From: Eledone cirrhosa
Lineage: Eukaryota
Direction: 5' to 3'
DNA length: 64,000 nt
Assembly (NCBI GenBank): GCA_964016885.1
Contig: OZ024748.1
Location: 46,934,001 to 46,998,000, forward strand
This document shows, one piece after another, positions 26,825 to 39,730 of this stretch. The position numbers and the translations under genes were made by a program. The notes below the pieces were generated by a model, which saw only the letters and a program-made list of their open reading frames with translations, was not told the DNA's origin and made no database searches. Positions within the stretch are counted from its first letter, which is position 1. Every line of letters begins with the position of its first letter.

Positions 26825-27530
26825 ATATATATATACACACATACCTATATACATATATGTATATATATATATATATATATCCATATATATATACACACAT
26901 ACCTATATACATATATGTATATATATATACATGCATATATATATATATATACTTATATACATATACTTATATATATATATATACTTATATACATATACTT
27001 ATATATATATATATATACTTATATACATATACTTATATATATACATATACTTATATACATATATATACTTATATACATATATATACTTATATACATATAT
27101 ACTTATATATATACATATAAGTATATATATATACTTATATACATATATATATATATATACTTATATACATATATATATATACTTATATACATATATATAT
27201 ATACTTATATGTATATATGTATGTGTATATGTATATATATGCCTGTATATATGTATATATATGCATGTATATAGACATATATATGTATATATATAAGAAT
27301 GTGTTCATATAAATATATATACATGCATATATATATATATATATATACATATAAACATATATATAAGTATGTATACATGCATATATATATATACATATAA
27401 GTATATATACATGCACATATATAGATATACATACATATAAGTATATATACATGCATATATATAGATATACATACATATAAGTATATATACATGCATATAT
27501 ATAGATATACATACATATAAGTATATATAC
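26480..27530. repeat. Compound (TA)-derived minisatellites (TACAG, TACTTA, CATG units)
   Basis: Direct reading. Confidence 0.9.
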
Positions 27531-27806
27531 GTGGTTTCTTTTCACATGCTTTTTTTTTACTCTCCTCTCTGTTCCGATGAATGACTTGGGTTCGAAACTT
27601 TAAGATACTTTGCAACATATATCATAATTGATGTATCTAGAACCTCACTGTATTACATTGTAACTGTGCGATATTTTCCTTATTCGACGTTTCACAAATT
27701 TGTGTATGAGAACATGTATGTGTTCTGTTCGTATCTGTGTGTATGTGTATACTAAACTCGTGTTTGCATTTATACATATATGTGTCTGTGTAGACGTTTA
27801 TGTCAT

Positions 27807-28118
<312 letters not shown>

Positions 28119-28399
28119 TTTGTTTTTGTATACTGACTTTCAATTGCATCTACTGTGTGTTAAACTAATAACCTCAATTGCGATCGTCTCCATTTTTTTT
28201 TATTTGCTTGTGTGTGTGTTTGTGTTACATCCGTAAGTATAAGCACACACACACACACACACAGACAACATCCCAGAAACACAAACACATATTCAGGCGC
28301 TCACCATCCCTGTCACACAAATATATTTTCGAATACACACACAGAGAAAACCAAACACTAATTCCCATACATACACACAAACACGAACACAGATATACT

Positions 28400-29353
28400 C
28401 ACAAACATATATGCATTATACATATATATTCGTATATATACAAACATATATACACACATACACACGTACATATATGCTTATATATACACATATACATTAT
28501 ACATATATATTCGTATATATACAAACATATATACACACATACACACGTACATATATGCTTATATATACACATATACATATACATTATACATATATGTATA
28601 TATATACACATATACATTATACATATATATTCGTATATATACAAACATATGGACACACATACACACGTACATATATGAATATACACATATATTATACGTA
28701 TATATTCGTATATATACAAACATATATACGCATACACACGTACATATATGTATATATATATATATACACATATACTTTATACATATATATTCGTATATAT
28801 ACAAACATATACAAACACATACACACGTACATATATGCATATATATACACATACACACGTACATATATATATGTATATATATATACACATATACATATAT
28901 TCGTATATATTCAAATATATATACACATACATATATATATACACATACACATACACATTATACATATAAATTCGTATATTTACAAACATATATATACACA
29001 TATATGCATATATATATACACACACATATACATTATACATATATATTCGTATATATACAAACATATACACACACACACATACACACGTACATATATGCAT
29101 ATATATACATATATACTTTATACATATATATTCGTATATATACAAACATATACATACACATACACACGTACATATATATATATGTATATATATATACACA
29201 TATACATATATTCGTATATATTCAAATATATATAAACATACATATATATATACACATAGACATATACATTATACATATAAATTCGTATATTTACAAACAT
29301 ATATATACACATATATGCATATATATAAACACACACATATACATTATACATGC

Positions 29354-29422
<69 letters not shown>
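28400..29422. repeat. Degenerate minisatellite (unit ~65 bp with ATTCGTATATATACAAACAT and CACACGTACAT) ending in (TA)n
   Basis: Recurring TTCGTATAT and CACGTAC anchors. Confidence 0.85.
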
Positions 29423-29423
<1 letters not shown>

Positions 29424-29675
29424 CTTGCTTTCGGTCGAAACATGTTTGTGTTTCCATCCGTGACTGATTGACAAAGACTAAGAAACCAAATGTAATATGG
29501 AAGACCAGAAATAAGAAAGGGTAATATGCATGAATTTAATATTATTTCACCAACCTACTAAAGATACTTATGTGATGATATAGACAAACAAGATGGCAAA
29601 CTTGCATGCACGCACATAAAAACGCATGCAAACTTGTTTATATGCGCGTGTATGTATGTGAGTGTATATATATAT

Positions 29676-29866
29676 TTGGGAGCCCCTACATGGACACACT
29701 AGAAGAGGAAGACCAAGGTTAACATATGTTGATGCCCTAAGGACAGACACTGGTCTGTTGGAGATGCAGGATATGGCAGCGATAATGAGGGACAGAGACC
29801 GCTGGAGAGAACTCGTCCATGGATCTCGGGAATTTTACCCGCCTTAGATAGATAGATAGATAGATA
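29676..29866 (+). mobile_element. RTE LINE extreme 3' end with (TAGA)n tail
   Basis: WEPLHGHTRRGRPRLTYVDALRTDTGL..RDRDRWRELV..YPP* followed by (TAGA)n. Confidence 0.85.
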
Positions 29867-30089
29867 TATACACACACACACATATATACACACACACACA
29901 TATATAGATATGTCCCTGTCCTGCATCTAAAATTGCTATTCCAACACTAATGTCCGGCCATTATTGAATTTAACAGTTCATGACTTACGAACTATTCCAA
30001 AAGAAATAGGGGTTAGTTAGAATATTGTACCTTTGCAATAACATTTCTTCCTTGTAATTACATATATACACTTATATAAAAATACCCTC

Positions 30090-30120
<31 letters not shown>

Positions 30121-30234
30121 TATATACATACATATACATATAAACACACACTCGTATACATATCTTTATCTTCTTTTTGTTTACTTTTTTGTTTACTTAT
30201 TTGCTTATATTATCTTATATTATTTTATTTTAGT

Positions 30235-30345
30235 TGCGTCCCTTTACGATCTGAGTTCAAATCCCGCCGAGGTTGACTTTGCCTTTCATCCTTACGGGGT
30301 CGATAAAATAAAGTACCAGTAATGCACTGGGTAATTGCTGGCGTT
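30235..30345 (+). mobile_element. Truncated SINE
   Basis: B box and core present. Confidence 0.85.
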
Positions 30346-30399
30346 GTCCTTTTGTTGGGCTGCATTATATTTGTCTACATCTCCATAGAGGTGAATTAG

Positions 30400-31270
30400 C
30401 TTACAAATTTAGAAGGGCCCTAGATAAACATAAACTCAATATTAAGATAGTAGAAAGACCAGGTACCTCCATAAAACACTTATTAGCAAGACATACCCTT
30501 TTCAAAGACCCCTGTATAGATAAGAAATGTATAACCTGTAAATTAAAACCCCATGTTAACTGTAAAACTAGAAATGTAGTATATAGCATAAGATGTACTG
30601 AAGGACAATGTAGAGACAAAAATATAGTGTACATAGGTGAGACAGCTCGTAGTGTAGGGGAACGGATAAATGAACACTGGCGAGACCTTCAAGATATTAA
30701 AGAATCATCTGTGCTCTACCAACATGCTAAAATAGAACATAAGGGTAAATTAGAGAACATAGAAATAAAAATAGAATCTACACACAGAAAAGACGCAATG
30801 TTTAGACAAATCACAGAGGCAATAAACATAAATGAATTACAACCAAAATTAAATAGAAAACGTGAATGGAACAGCAACATCACAACTTACAATTAAGGAC
30901 AAAATGAAAACACACATGCACATAGAACAAACAACCAACCAGTAACATGTAAATAAACAAATAAATAAACGAATATAAACACACACAGACACCCGGATGT
31001 AACACATGCGCAAACTAAGCACACAAGACACACACAAAAACAAGATGACACAGGACAGAACAAAGGAGAGGCACAAAATCAAAGAAAAGAATCCCCAGTC
31101 ACTGAAGAGGTCACAGAATGTGTGACGAGAGAACTTTGACAATATATAAACCACCATCTGGTTGTGGAACCAACCAACCAACCGGAAATTTATAAATTTA
31201 TTATAATAAATTGAAGTGAAAGCAACTGGAGGGTGTGTTTCTTATTGGCAACATGACCCTCCCAAAGTAT

Positions 31271-31275
<5 letters not shown>
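30400..31275 (+). mobile_element. Penelope-like element 3' fragment: Cys-rich linker + GIY-YIG endonuclease + pseudo-LTR
   Basis: Frame of ORF 30627-30896 stays open upstream: IVERPGTSIK..CIDKKCITC..NCKTRNVVYSIRCTEGQC..YIGETARSVGERINEH..RQITEAINI..LNRKREW. Degenerate hammerhead GTCA-CTGAAGA-GGTCAC..GTGAC-GAGA..TGAC at 31098-31140. Ends at (TA)n. Confidence 0.85.
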
Positions 31276-31351
<76 letters not shown>

Positions 31352-31486
31352 TACATGTGTGTTTGGTTGAGTTGCTAGTTTGGGCGTATGTATACGGGAA
31401 TGTGTGTTGATTTGAACGGGCGTATGATTGGGAATGTGTGTTGATTTGAAGACACGTCTGTGTTAATCCATTTTTTCCTTATTAAA

Positions 31487-31678
31487 GTGGCGGTGGATTG
31501 GCAGTATCGGTAGTGGGTCGGACGCCATGCTTTGACGCAAAGAGTTACGGCCCTTTCCATTCTGTATTCAAATCCCACCAAGGTTAACTTTGCGTTTCAT
31601 CCCAACGGGGTCGATAAAATAAAGTACCAGTAATGCACTGGGTAATTGCTGGTCTTGTACAAAATTAGAAACAATTAT
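31487..31678 (+). mobile_element. Full-length SINE
   Basis: A and B boxes, core and tail present. Confidence 0.88.
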
Positions 31679-32852
31679 TGAAGGATTTTAACATATTTTC
31701 TTATAAATTCTTTTGTGTTTACTTTGGAAAATATATCTCTGTAATTACCTGTCTCTATACATCGATATACATCTCTATGTAAATATTCCTCTCTATATAC
31801 AACATTGTACCCCTCTATATACATCGATATCCCCCTCTATATACATCGATATCCCCCTCTATATACATCTATATATATTCATATAAAACAAAAATCCTCT
31901 CTATATGCATCAACACATCTCTAAATACAGTATTATACTTCTCTATATATCAATATATATATATATTTACATTCCTCTCTCTATACCGTGCTATATACAT
32001 CAATATACATCTCTATATACATCAATATATATCTATATACATCAATATACCTGTCTGTATACATCTATATACCTCTCTATATACATCAATATATTTCTGT
32101 ATATACATCAACATATACCAATATATTTTTCTATATACAACAATGTTTTAATATCACACTTGATTTAGAAAAAAGGAGACCTAGAATTTATACAAATATC
32201 ACTACACATTAGGCAGTTATTTATCCAGCCTAAACATATGACACATGATAAATAAAAGTATTAGGCTCAAACACATTCATGTCTGTTTAATATAACATGT
32301 TTAAAATGAAAGCTGTTGGCTTTTTATACAACTATTCACGCGTATGTTTATGTGTATATGTATATATACATATACATATGTGTATATGTATATATGCATG
32401 TTGTGTGTATATATACCTACACATTACGCATACATATATATATATAATCTAGAGAAAGTATGTTTGTATATATGTATGCGTGCGTGTGTGTGTATGTATA
32501 TATATATATATATTATATTTGTGTGTGTATATGTTTGAGAGAGAAAATGAGAGAGACGGAGTGTGAGGGAGATAGCGAGAGGAAGAAAGGATGTGTGTGT
32601 GTGTGAGAGAGAGGTGGCAAGAGAGGGGAAGGGAAGTGAAATGCACTTTTAGTGATCGTTTCTAATGGAAAATATGTCAAATGTGATTAAATAGAAATAA
32701 ACAATCTTTCATATTTATATAGAGTACCAGTGGATTAATTTAATCTAGAATACTCTGGAAATGTTCTCATTAAATGCTACAACAAAAGGCTTGAGTATGT
32801 GTGTGTTTGAATACAAACAAATACGCACACACACATATGTGTGTGTGTGCAA

Positions 32853-32886
<34 letters not shown>

Positions 32887-33080
32887 GTTATTCCGGGTTG
32901 AATCGGAGGTAACCACAGTAAGTAAGGTACTCAATACATTGCAGAGTATAAAAGTTTTAATATAGATGAGATTCTACAGGACTAGAACTGTTTCATTCTT
33001 TAGAAATCATCAGGAAGAGATTCCTGATGATTTCTAAAGAATGAAACAGTTCTAGTCCTGTAGAATCTCATCTATATTAA

Positions 33081-33084
<4 letters not shown>
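32887..33084 (-). mobile_element. Fold-back element family A: perfect 64-bp arms, 4-nt loop, tail on the left
   Basis: Arms 32953-33016 and 33021-33084. (TA)n on both sides. Confidence 0.85.
33017..33069 (+). ncRNA. Type I hammerhead ribozyme (family A)
   Basis: GAGATTC-CTGATGA-TTTC TAAA GAAT-GAA-ACAG TTCTAGTC CTGT-A-GAATCTC. Predicted cleavage after A33062. Confidence 0.8.
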
Positions 33085-33128
<44 letters not shown>

Positions 33129-33131
<3 letters not shown>

Positions 33132-33529
33132 AAAGAATAGAGGTGTAACACACGAGTTATAATATATTGGTAAAAGGAAAAGAAAATGCTGACAAATTGT
33201 TCCCAGTGAAAAATAGTTTAATTAGGAATAAGTAAAAATTAGTAATAGTATTGGTTAGTATTCAGTTTTGGTTTTAAGTTTTACCGGTTGCGCATTTTTA
33301 ATGCTTTTCAAAAATAATTTTGAGATAGAGCGCTCGTGATGTTTGCTCTAATCACGGGCGCTCTATCTCAAAATTATTTTTGAAAAGCATTAGAAATGCG
33401 CAACCGGTAAAACTTAAAACCAAAACTGAATACTAACCAATACTATTACTAATTTTTACTTATTCCTAATTAAACTATTTTTCACTGGGAAAAATTTGTC
33501 AGCATTTTCTTTTCCTTTTACCAATATAT
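33129..33529 (-). mobile_element. Fold-back element family B: ~179-bp arms, 10-nt loop, tail on the left
   Basis: Arms 33162-33340 and 33351-33529 with ~3 mismatches. TTGAAAA-GCAT TAGAA ATGC-GCA-ACCGGT-A at 33380-33409. Tail shares ACTCGTGT..ACACCTC with the 8840 copy. Confidence 0.82.
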
Positions 33530-33831
33530 ATATACACACACACACATTAGCTGGCCATGTAGTGTAAACAATGACGGCTTATGTTATATCTATATAAAAA
33601 TGTTTGTTGGTTGGTTGGTTGGTTCCTACTCGCTCACACAAGAGATACAAAACATGGAGACATTCAGATGTGACGAATATCAGAACGCTGAACTTCTATA
33701 ATCTCCCCCCCCCCCACCTCCTCAGCCATTATATATATGTGTGTATTAATTACCCCTTCCTTCCTCAGTCATCTCTAGTGTGAGACGGACATATACAAAA
33801 GGTTATTATAATAGTATGTATATATATATAT

Positions 33832-34114
33832 AACAAACAAAGAGGGTGTGGTAAGATACCAGGTAGACAATAATACACCAGAGTACTCAATACTTAGAGT
33901 AGTAGAGTGGTTAATCCGAAAAGAGTCAGGACTCCAACGGCCAGAAAAGGCCAGCAATTACCTAGTACATTACTGGTACTTTATTTTATCGACCCCGTAA
34001 GGATGAAAGGCAAAGTTGACCTCGGCGGGATTTGAACTCAGAATGGAAAGGGACGTAAGTCTATGCCTCAAAGCATGGCGTCCGACCCTCTACCGACACT
34101 GCCAATCCACCGCC
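33832..34114 (-). mobile_element. Family C-related tail fragment (33832-33935) fused to a SINE (33946-34114)
   Basis: GTGGTAAG..ACCAG..GAGTACTCAATACTTAG..GTAGTAGA as at 63635-63715, followed directly by SINE sequence. Confidence 0.7.
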
Positions 34115-34204
34115 CTATATATATAGAGTGTTGGTGATCCAGTAAAATGCTGGTGTTGGAAACAAACCAAGCACTATGTACAGGCAGAGTGTATATATTA
34201 GAAA

Positions 34205-34316
34205 AAAACGAGGAAAGTTCGTTTACATGTATAAGATATTCATTGTGAATCTATCTGCTAGGCCTGTTAGGGTCGATATACAATAAATGTTATATACACG
34301 TAAAAGGAACTTCCTC

Positions 34317-34320
<4 letters not shown>
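34205..34320. repeat. Short diverged inverted repeat between (TA) tracts
   Basis: GAGGAAAGTTCGTTTACATGTATA..CATTGT versus ACAATAAATG..TATACACGTAAAAGGAACTTCCTC. Confidence 0.6.
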
Positions 34321-34366
<46 letters not shown>

Positions 34367-34558
34367 GGTTTAGAGTATCGTAGGAGAGGATGAAGCGGAG
34401 AGATACAAAGAGGTGCGATACAGAATACTAAATGCTAAAAGCCGAAGCGTAGTGTGCTTAAGGTGCTCGTACTGCGCCCTCTGGGCGAAACACGTGTAAG
34501 AACTATATAAAGAAATGTTTTAACGGCTTGTAACTATTTCATTGACTCATTCATTCGC

Positions 34559-34617
<59 letters not shown>

Positions 34618-34619
34618 AT

Positions 34620-34802
34620 GAACCAGTAAGACCCCGACAGCTGAGCTCAAGCCGTTTCGACGGCTAATTCTGAATTAGCCGTCGAAACGGCTTGAGCTCA
34701 GCTGTCGGGGTCTTACTGGTTCCTATTACCCACTCTACTACCTCAAGTATTGAGTACTTTGGTGCGTTATGGTCCACCTGGTTCCTTACCACATCTCATT
34801 CG

Positions 34803-34804
<2 letters not shown>
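34620..34804 (+). mobile_element. Fold-back element family C: perfect 51-bp arms, 1-nt loop, 80-bp tail
   Basis: Arms 34620-34670 and 34672-34722. Carries the hammerhead 3' half GAA-ACGGCT..AGCTGT-C-GGGGT. Confidence 0.85.
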
Positions 34805-34895
<91 letters not shown>

Positions 34896-36424
34896 CACAC
34901 ACACACACACACATACACATAAAGGGCGGTGGGCTGGTACAATCCATACTGCATCGGATAAAATCCTTTGTGTCATTGTTTCGTGCAGTTTAAGTTCTGA
35001 TTTCAAATCCAGCCGATGTTAACTTTGCCATATATCCTTCCGAGGTCGATAATGTATACATCAGTCAACTACTGAGCTCTGTAAATTCTAGCCCCCCCCC
35101 CCCCCCCCTATACACACACAAATACACCCAATTTACAGCTCTTTTGCTTAGATTAGAAATCAGAAGTAATTGCTAATAAGACATACACTTCTCATTAAAT
35201 TTCACCCGAATCAAACCAGTCATAAACTGGTGCCGGAGTAATCAGATTTCCTATCCTCACCCTTAAAAAAAGAAATTGCAGAGCTTTGTCTTTGATTAGA
35301 AACCATCGGTAATTGCTACGAAAAAAACAGTCTATTCTCATTAAATTTCATCTGAATAAAAATCCTTCTACAACATTTATAGAAACAATTTCTCAAGAAC
35401 TACTTAACAACCATAAGAAAAATAATAAGATGCTGCTTTATCTGTCAAAGAATATCTCTTAGTAAATGAAACATGTATAGCAGAGTGCCTTGTGACACAT
35501 CATGAAAGAAGCCAATAAATATTCCACTGTTTTTGATTGAGAAATTAACATTTTCTGTGCTAACCTAATTCATTTTTAAATTCTTCTTAGATTCTTTGAA
35601 ATAGAAAAAAAAACAAAAAAAACTAAAGATTAAAAAAAATAATTTTTTCATAAAATGTAAAGAAATGAAAGCAAGCGCAAAAATTATAGGAAGGAAAACG
35701 ATGGAAAAAATTGCACAGGAAATTAAGAAATGTAACTTTAAGTTTTGATCAATAGAAACGCTGGATATAAATATCGAATCGGTAATCATAATAACAGTCT
35801 GATTCCAGGTTTAAATAATCTCACGAAAGAACTAGAAAAATAAAAAATACAAAAAAGAAGAATTTTTGCTTGTATGCTCCGAAATTCGTACTGAATGCGA
35901 GCAACATGTATAGTTATTAAGTTAATTGCAAACGACGAATAGATTTCATGCGAAATAGAGCTGCTATTTTCACCACAAAATCATCACAACCCACCACACA
36001 CACGAAGCATATTATTACCTCATTACTCTGGGACATTTATATTATTTTATTTCATATAAATGTGCAGTAGCTCTGATAATTGGGGAGGTGTTATAGCAAT
36101 AGCTCAGCTTGTTGTTCCATGTTCGAAATGGAAAAAGAGGTCAAATCGATTCCAATACTGAATAAGTTCAGATCGATTTTTTATTTTTATATTTTTCTTC
36201 TTCAGTCGTAAATCACCGTTTCGAATGCAATCAATCCACTGTGCTGCCTAGGTCGAACTACAATTATATGCATTCGCCATTATTCAGTATTAATTGCCCT
36301 ATCATCATCCATGTAATTATCATTAAAGATCTGTATTCTTCATTTCTTTCTTTCTTTCTTTATTCATATATTTATTTATAACTTGGTTTGGAAAATATTT
36401 CAAATCTTATTTCTTTATGAACAT

Positions 36425-36620
36425 TAGTTCCTATTGCGCCTTATAGGGCATTCAGTACGGACAAATTTCCATTCTACACAGTTGGAAGTCTTCACACGGG
36501 CCTCCTACCAGATTAGGTCCATGTCCACTAACTTTCCTTCCGCAAATCTTGACCAATTCTTGACGGGTACACTCTCGCTTTGTCTTCCATTTGAAGGAGG
36601 CATTCACTGGACTCTTCGCA
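36425..36620 (-). mobile_element. Probable decayed RTE LINE 3' end
   Basis: Minus strand ..FKWK../PVKNWSRFAE..DLIW*EARVKTSNCVEW..CP resembles RTE C-termini; no strong motif. Confidence 0.45.
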
Positions 36621-36639
36621 CTTATAATATTATTATCAT

Positions 36640-37165
36640 TGTGGATTGGCAGTGTCGGTCGAGGGTCGGACGCCATGCTTTGACGCATAGAGTTACGGCC
36701 CTTTCCATTCTGAGTTCAAATCCCGCCGAGGTTAACTTTGCCTTTCATCTTTACGGGGTCGATAAAATAAAGTACCAGTAAAGTACTGGGTAATTGCTGG
36801 CCATGTGCCAAAGGTAGAAACAATTATTATTAATCTGAGTTCAAATCCCGCCGAGGTTAACTTTGCCTTTCATCCTTATGGGGGTCGATAAAATAAAATA
36901 CCAGTAATACACTGTGCTAAATGTAGAAACAATTATTATAATTGTAGGACGAAGAGCATTAGAGGGGTAGACACATTGGTCCGGTGGACAAAATACTTTG
37001 TGGTATTTAGTTACATTCCTTAACATTCTGAGTTCAAATCTCGCCTATGTTAAATTTGCATTTCATCATTTCAATGTTGATAAAAGAAAGAGTACAAGTC
37101 AGATATTGGGGTCGATGTAATCGAGTTCCGCATCTCAGATAATTCATTTTAATAGAAACAATTAT
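36640..37165 (+). mobile_element. Three co-oriented SINE copies (36640-36830 full, 36834-36937 partial, ~36960-37165 diverged)
   Basis: Repeated CTGAGTTCAAATC..CTTTCATC blocks. Confidence 0.85.
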
Positions 37166-37475
37166 TATTGCAGGATGGATCCCATTGTTATTCGAGTCTA
37201 TTCTAAATATTGAAAATGTAGCCTTCCTTTAGCAAGGAAGAATCGATTAGTTTCCTTGTGTTTGCAGCGAAAAATCAAGTGGTTTTCTTGTCTCTTCCTC
37301 TCCCTGAGTACAGCCCCTTAATAAATTCTATATAAAACAATTTGAGGAAGAAAGTAATGCAAAACAGGAAAGAACCGGCCTTTATGAAAAATTATATAAG
37401 GCTTAGAGCATTGATAAAAATGGCTTGTCAAAATAAAAGGTGCGTAACGTAGTTGGTAAAGTGTTCCCGTCTGAA

Positions 37476-37555
<80 letters not shown>

Positions 37556-37558
<3 letters not shown>

Positions 37559-38030
37559 AAGTGTTAAAACGTTTAAATTTTAATTTAGAACATTTATTTG
37601 CTGACAATTGTTTCTTCCAGAGGGAATTCTGGGATCATCGGACCATAGGGAATGTCGAAACATGTGACTAAAATCCTAGTCATTCAGAACACTTAGGGTA
37701 CATAATTGTTTTTAGTGTCAAAGGTATATTTTCAACTCCTGATTCTCCACATGATGCCTATGACACTAAAAACAATTATGTAGCCTAAATGTTCTGAATG
37801 ACTATGATTTTTCTCACGTGTTTCGACATTCCCTATGCTCCGATGAACACAGACTTCCCTCTGATGAAACAATTGTCAGCAAATAAATGTTCTAAATTAA
37901 AATTTGATCGTTTTAACACTTTGTATCTCAGCTCTATAAAACACTTGAAAATTTGCATTGAGCCTTTTGTCATACCAGTAACTGGCTAGTACCTAGTACT
38001 ACCCTCCATATTTATAGTTGTATTAAACAT
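37556..38030 (+). mobile_element. Fold-back element family E: ~170-bp diverged arms, ~30-nt spacer, right tail; hammerhead at 37836-37881
   Basis: Arms ~37556-37725 and ~37755-37923. TGCT-CCGATGA-..CAGA CTTCCC TCTG..-GAA-ACAATTGT-C-AGCA. Confidence 0.78.
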
Positions 38031-38060
38031 AAATATACTTATTACTATATATATATATAT

Positions 38061-38249
38061 AGGAAAAAGTATGACCCCGACGGCAGAGCTCAAGCCGTTT
38101 CGACATCTATTTTCAGAAATAGACGTCGAAACAGCTTGAGCTCTGCCGTCGGGGTCATACTTTTTCCTATTTCAGACTCTACTACCCTAAGTATTGAGTA
38201 CTCTGGTGCGTTATGGTCCATCTGGTTCCTTACCACAATTCTTTTGTTA
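38061..38249 (+). mobile_element. Fold-back element family C
   Basis: Arms centred at ~38114. Same tail as the 34620 copy. (TA)n flanks. Confidence 0.85.
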
Positions 38250-38319
38250 TATATATATATATATAGTAATAATAAATGTGAAGACTTAAATCCGAACAGG
38301 GCTCGATAATGATTATATG

Positions 38320-38397
<78 letters not shown>

Positions 38398-38495
38398 ACC
38401 CGTAGAGCAGATATTTATTATAAGAACAGATTAAAATTTAAGCAAAGAATCGCTGCATTCACCTCTAACGTGTATATATATATATATATATATAT

Positions 38496-39690
38496 AGGAA
38501 CCAGTAAGACCCCGACAGCTGAGCACAAGCCGTTTCGACGGCTAATTCTGGACTAAATGAAAATTTATCCTGGTATTTAAATAGCCGATCTTCTCAAGGG
38601 GTAATTCCATATATGGTCAAAGTGATTGTCAAAAATCAGTAGTAATTCAGTGGTTGCACATTAGTAGGGGAGATGGTGGCTAAACCTGCCAGTAGGAGAA
38701 AGAGGGGAGGGGGTGGAGTAGACCCAATCAAGCGTTGGTAGTGCCAGCTACAGCTGGGCATGAGGTCAAAGAAGATACAGGGGAGGGGGAGGGGGAGGAA
38801 GTCGGAACGGTAGGTAGAACAATGGGGGGTAGAAATAGGAAAGAAAAAAAAAAAAAAAAAATACTGAGAGTGAAGAAAGGCAAATAAGTGTAAAGAAAAG
38901 TAAAGTAAATTAAATTCTACGACCTAGGTGTCAGGCTATTGTTAGGCGAGAATAAAATAAATAAAGAAAGAAAGAAGTAAAAAAATAAATAAATGAATAA
39001 ATAAGGAAATAAGTAAGAGAACTAGGTGGGACGGATAAGGCAAGGACCCTTTTAAGAGGTATAAGTACGTAAATGATACGGTGACGGGTCAACAAAAGGG
39101 GCCAAAATACTAAAGAGACTACCACGAAATAAACAATAAAGGTTTCCATCCCGGGCCAGCAACGACCCAGTGCAGCAAAGTGAACTTGTACGAGATAATA
39201 ATTCTGAGTCCCGAGAAAAATATATACTAATGCTAACTCTAAAAGATCTAAAACAAGCTACATGAAAGTTCGTACGAAATAAAGGTAGAATACGGAGAAA
39301 TAAATTCAGAATCCACACCGCCCAGAAGAAAAGCGAAGCAAGAAATACTGAAACGAAAAAATAAGGCATGTGCCACTAAGAAATATAGAGGGCACAGAGA
39401 ATAGTGGGAGCGGTCGGAAAAAGGGGGAAAGTATCCGGGGTCTAAGCCAACTGCTATAAAGGGCGGAGTCCGCCAAATCTATCAAAGACTAGGGGAGGGG
39501 TGGGGGTGGGGGTACTAAGGCTACATGGGGCCAAAGGGCAGCCTCGGGTGGGCGAGAAAAGACGCCGACAAAGGAGAAGAGCTGGGGTAGAAGGACAAAG
39601 GGGAGAGGGGGGAAGGAAATAAAGGAAGCGATAAAAGAATACAAAGAAGATCTTACGTCTTCCTTGGCAAGCAGGGGTTACCTATTGCAA
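38496..39690 (-). mobile_element. Long (~1.2 kb) family C element without recognisable ORF; probable parent form
   Basis: First ~55 bp match the family C arm, then unique purine-rich (+ strand) sequence continues. Distal boundary approximate. Confidence 0.65.
38509..38602 (-). ncRNA. Complete type I hammerhead ribozyme, U3-A8 variant
   Basis: Minus strand: ACCCC-TTGAGAA-GA(T)CGGCTA..TAGCCGTC-GAA-ACGGCT TGTGCTC AGCTGT-C-GGGGT. GUC triplet. Confidence 0.78.
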
Positions 39691-39730
39691 AAATTATATA
39701 TATATAATAACTAGAAAAAAATTATATATA

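Noticed and set aside
39052-39369. 105-aa minus-strand ORF in the long family C element
   Set aside because: No RT, GIY-YIG or other motif; composition reflects a pyrimidine-rich strand.
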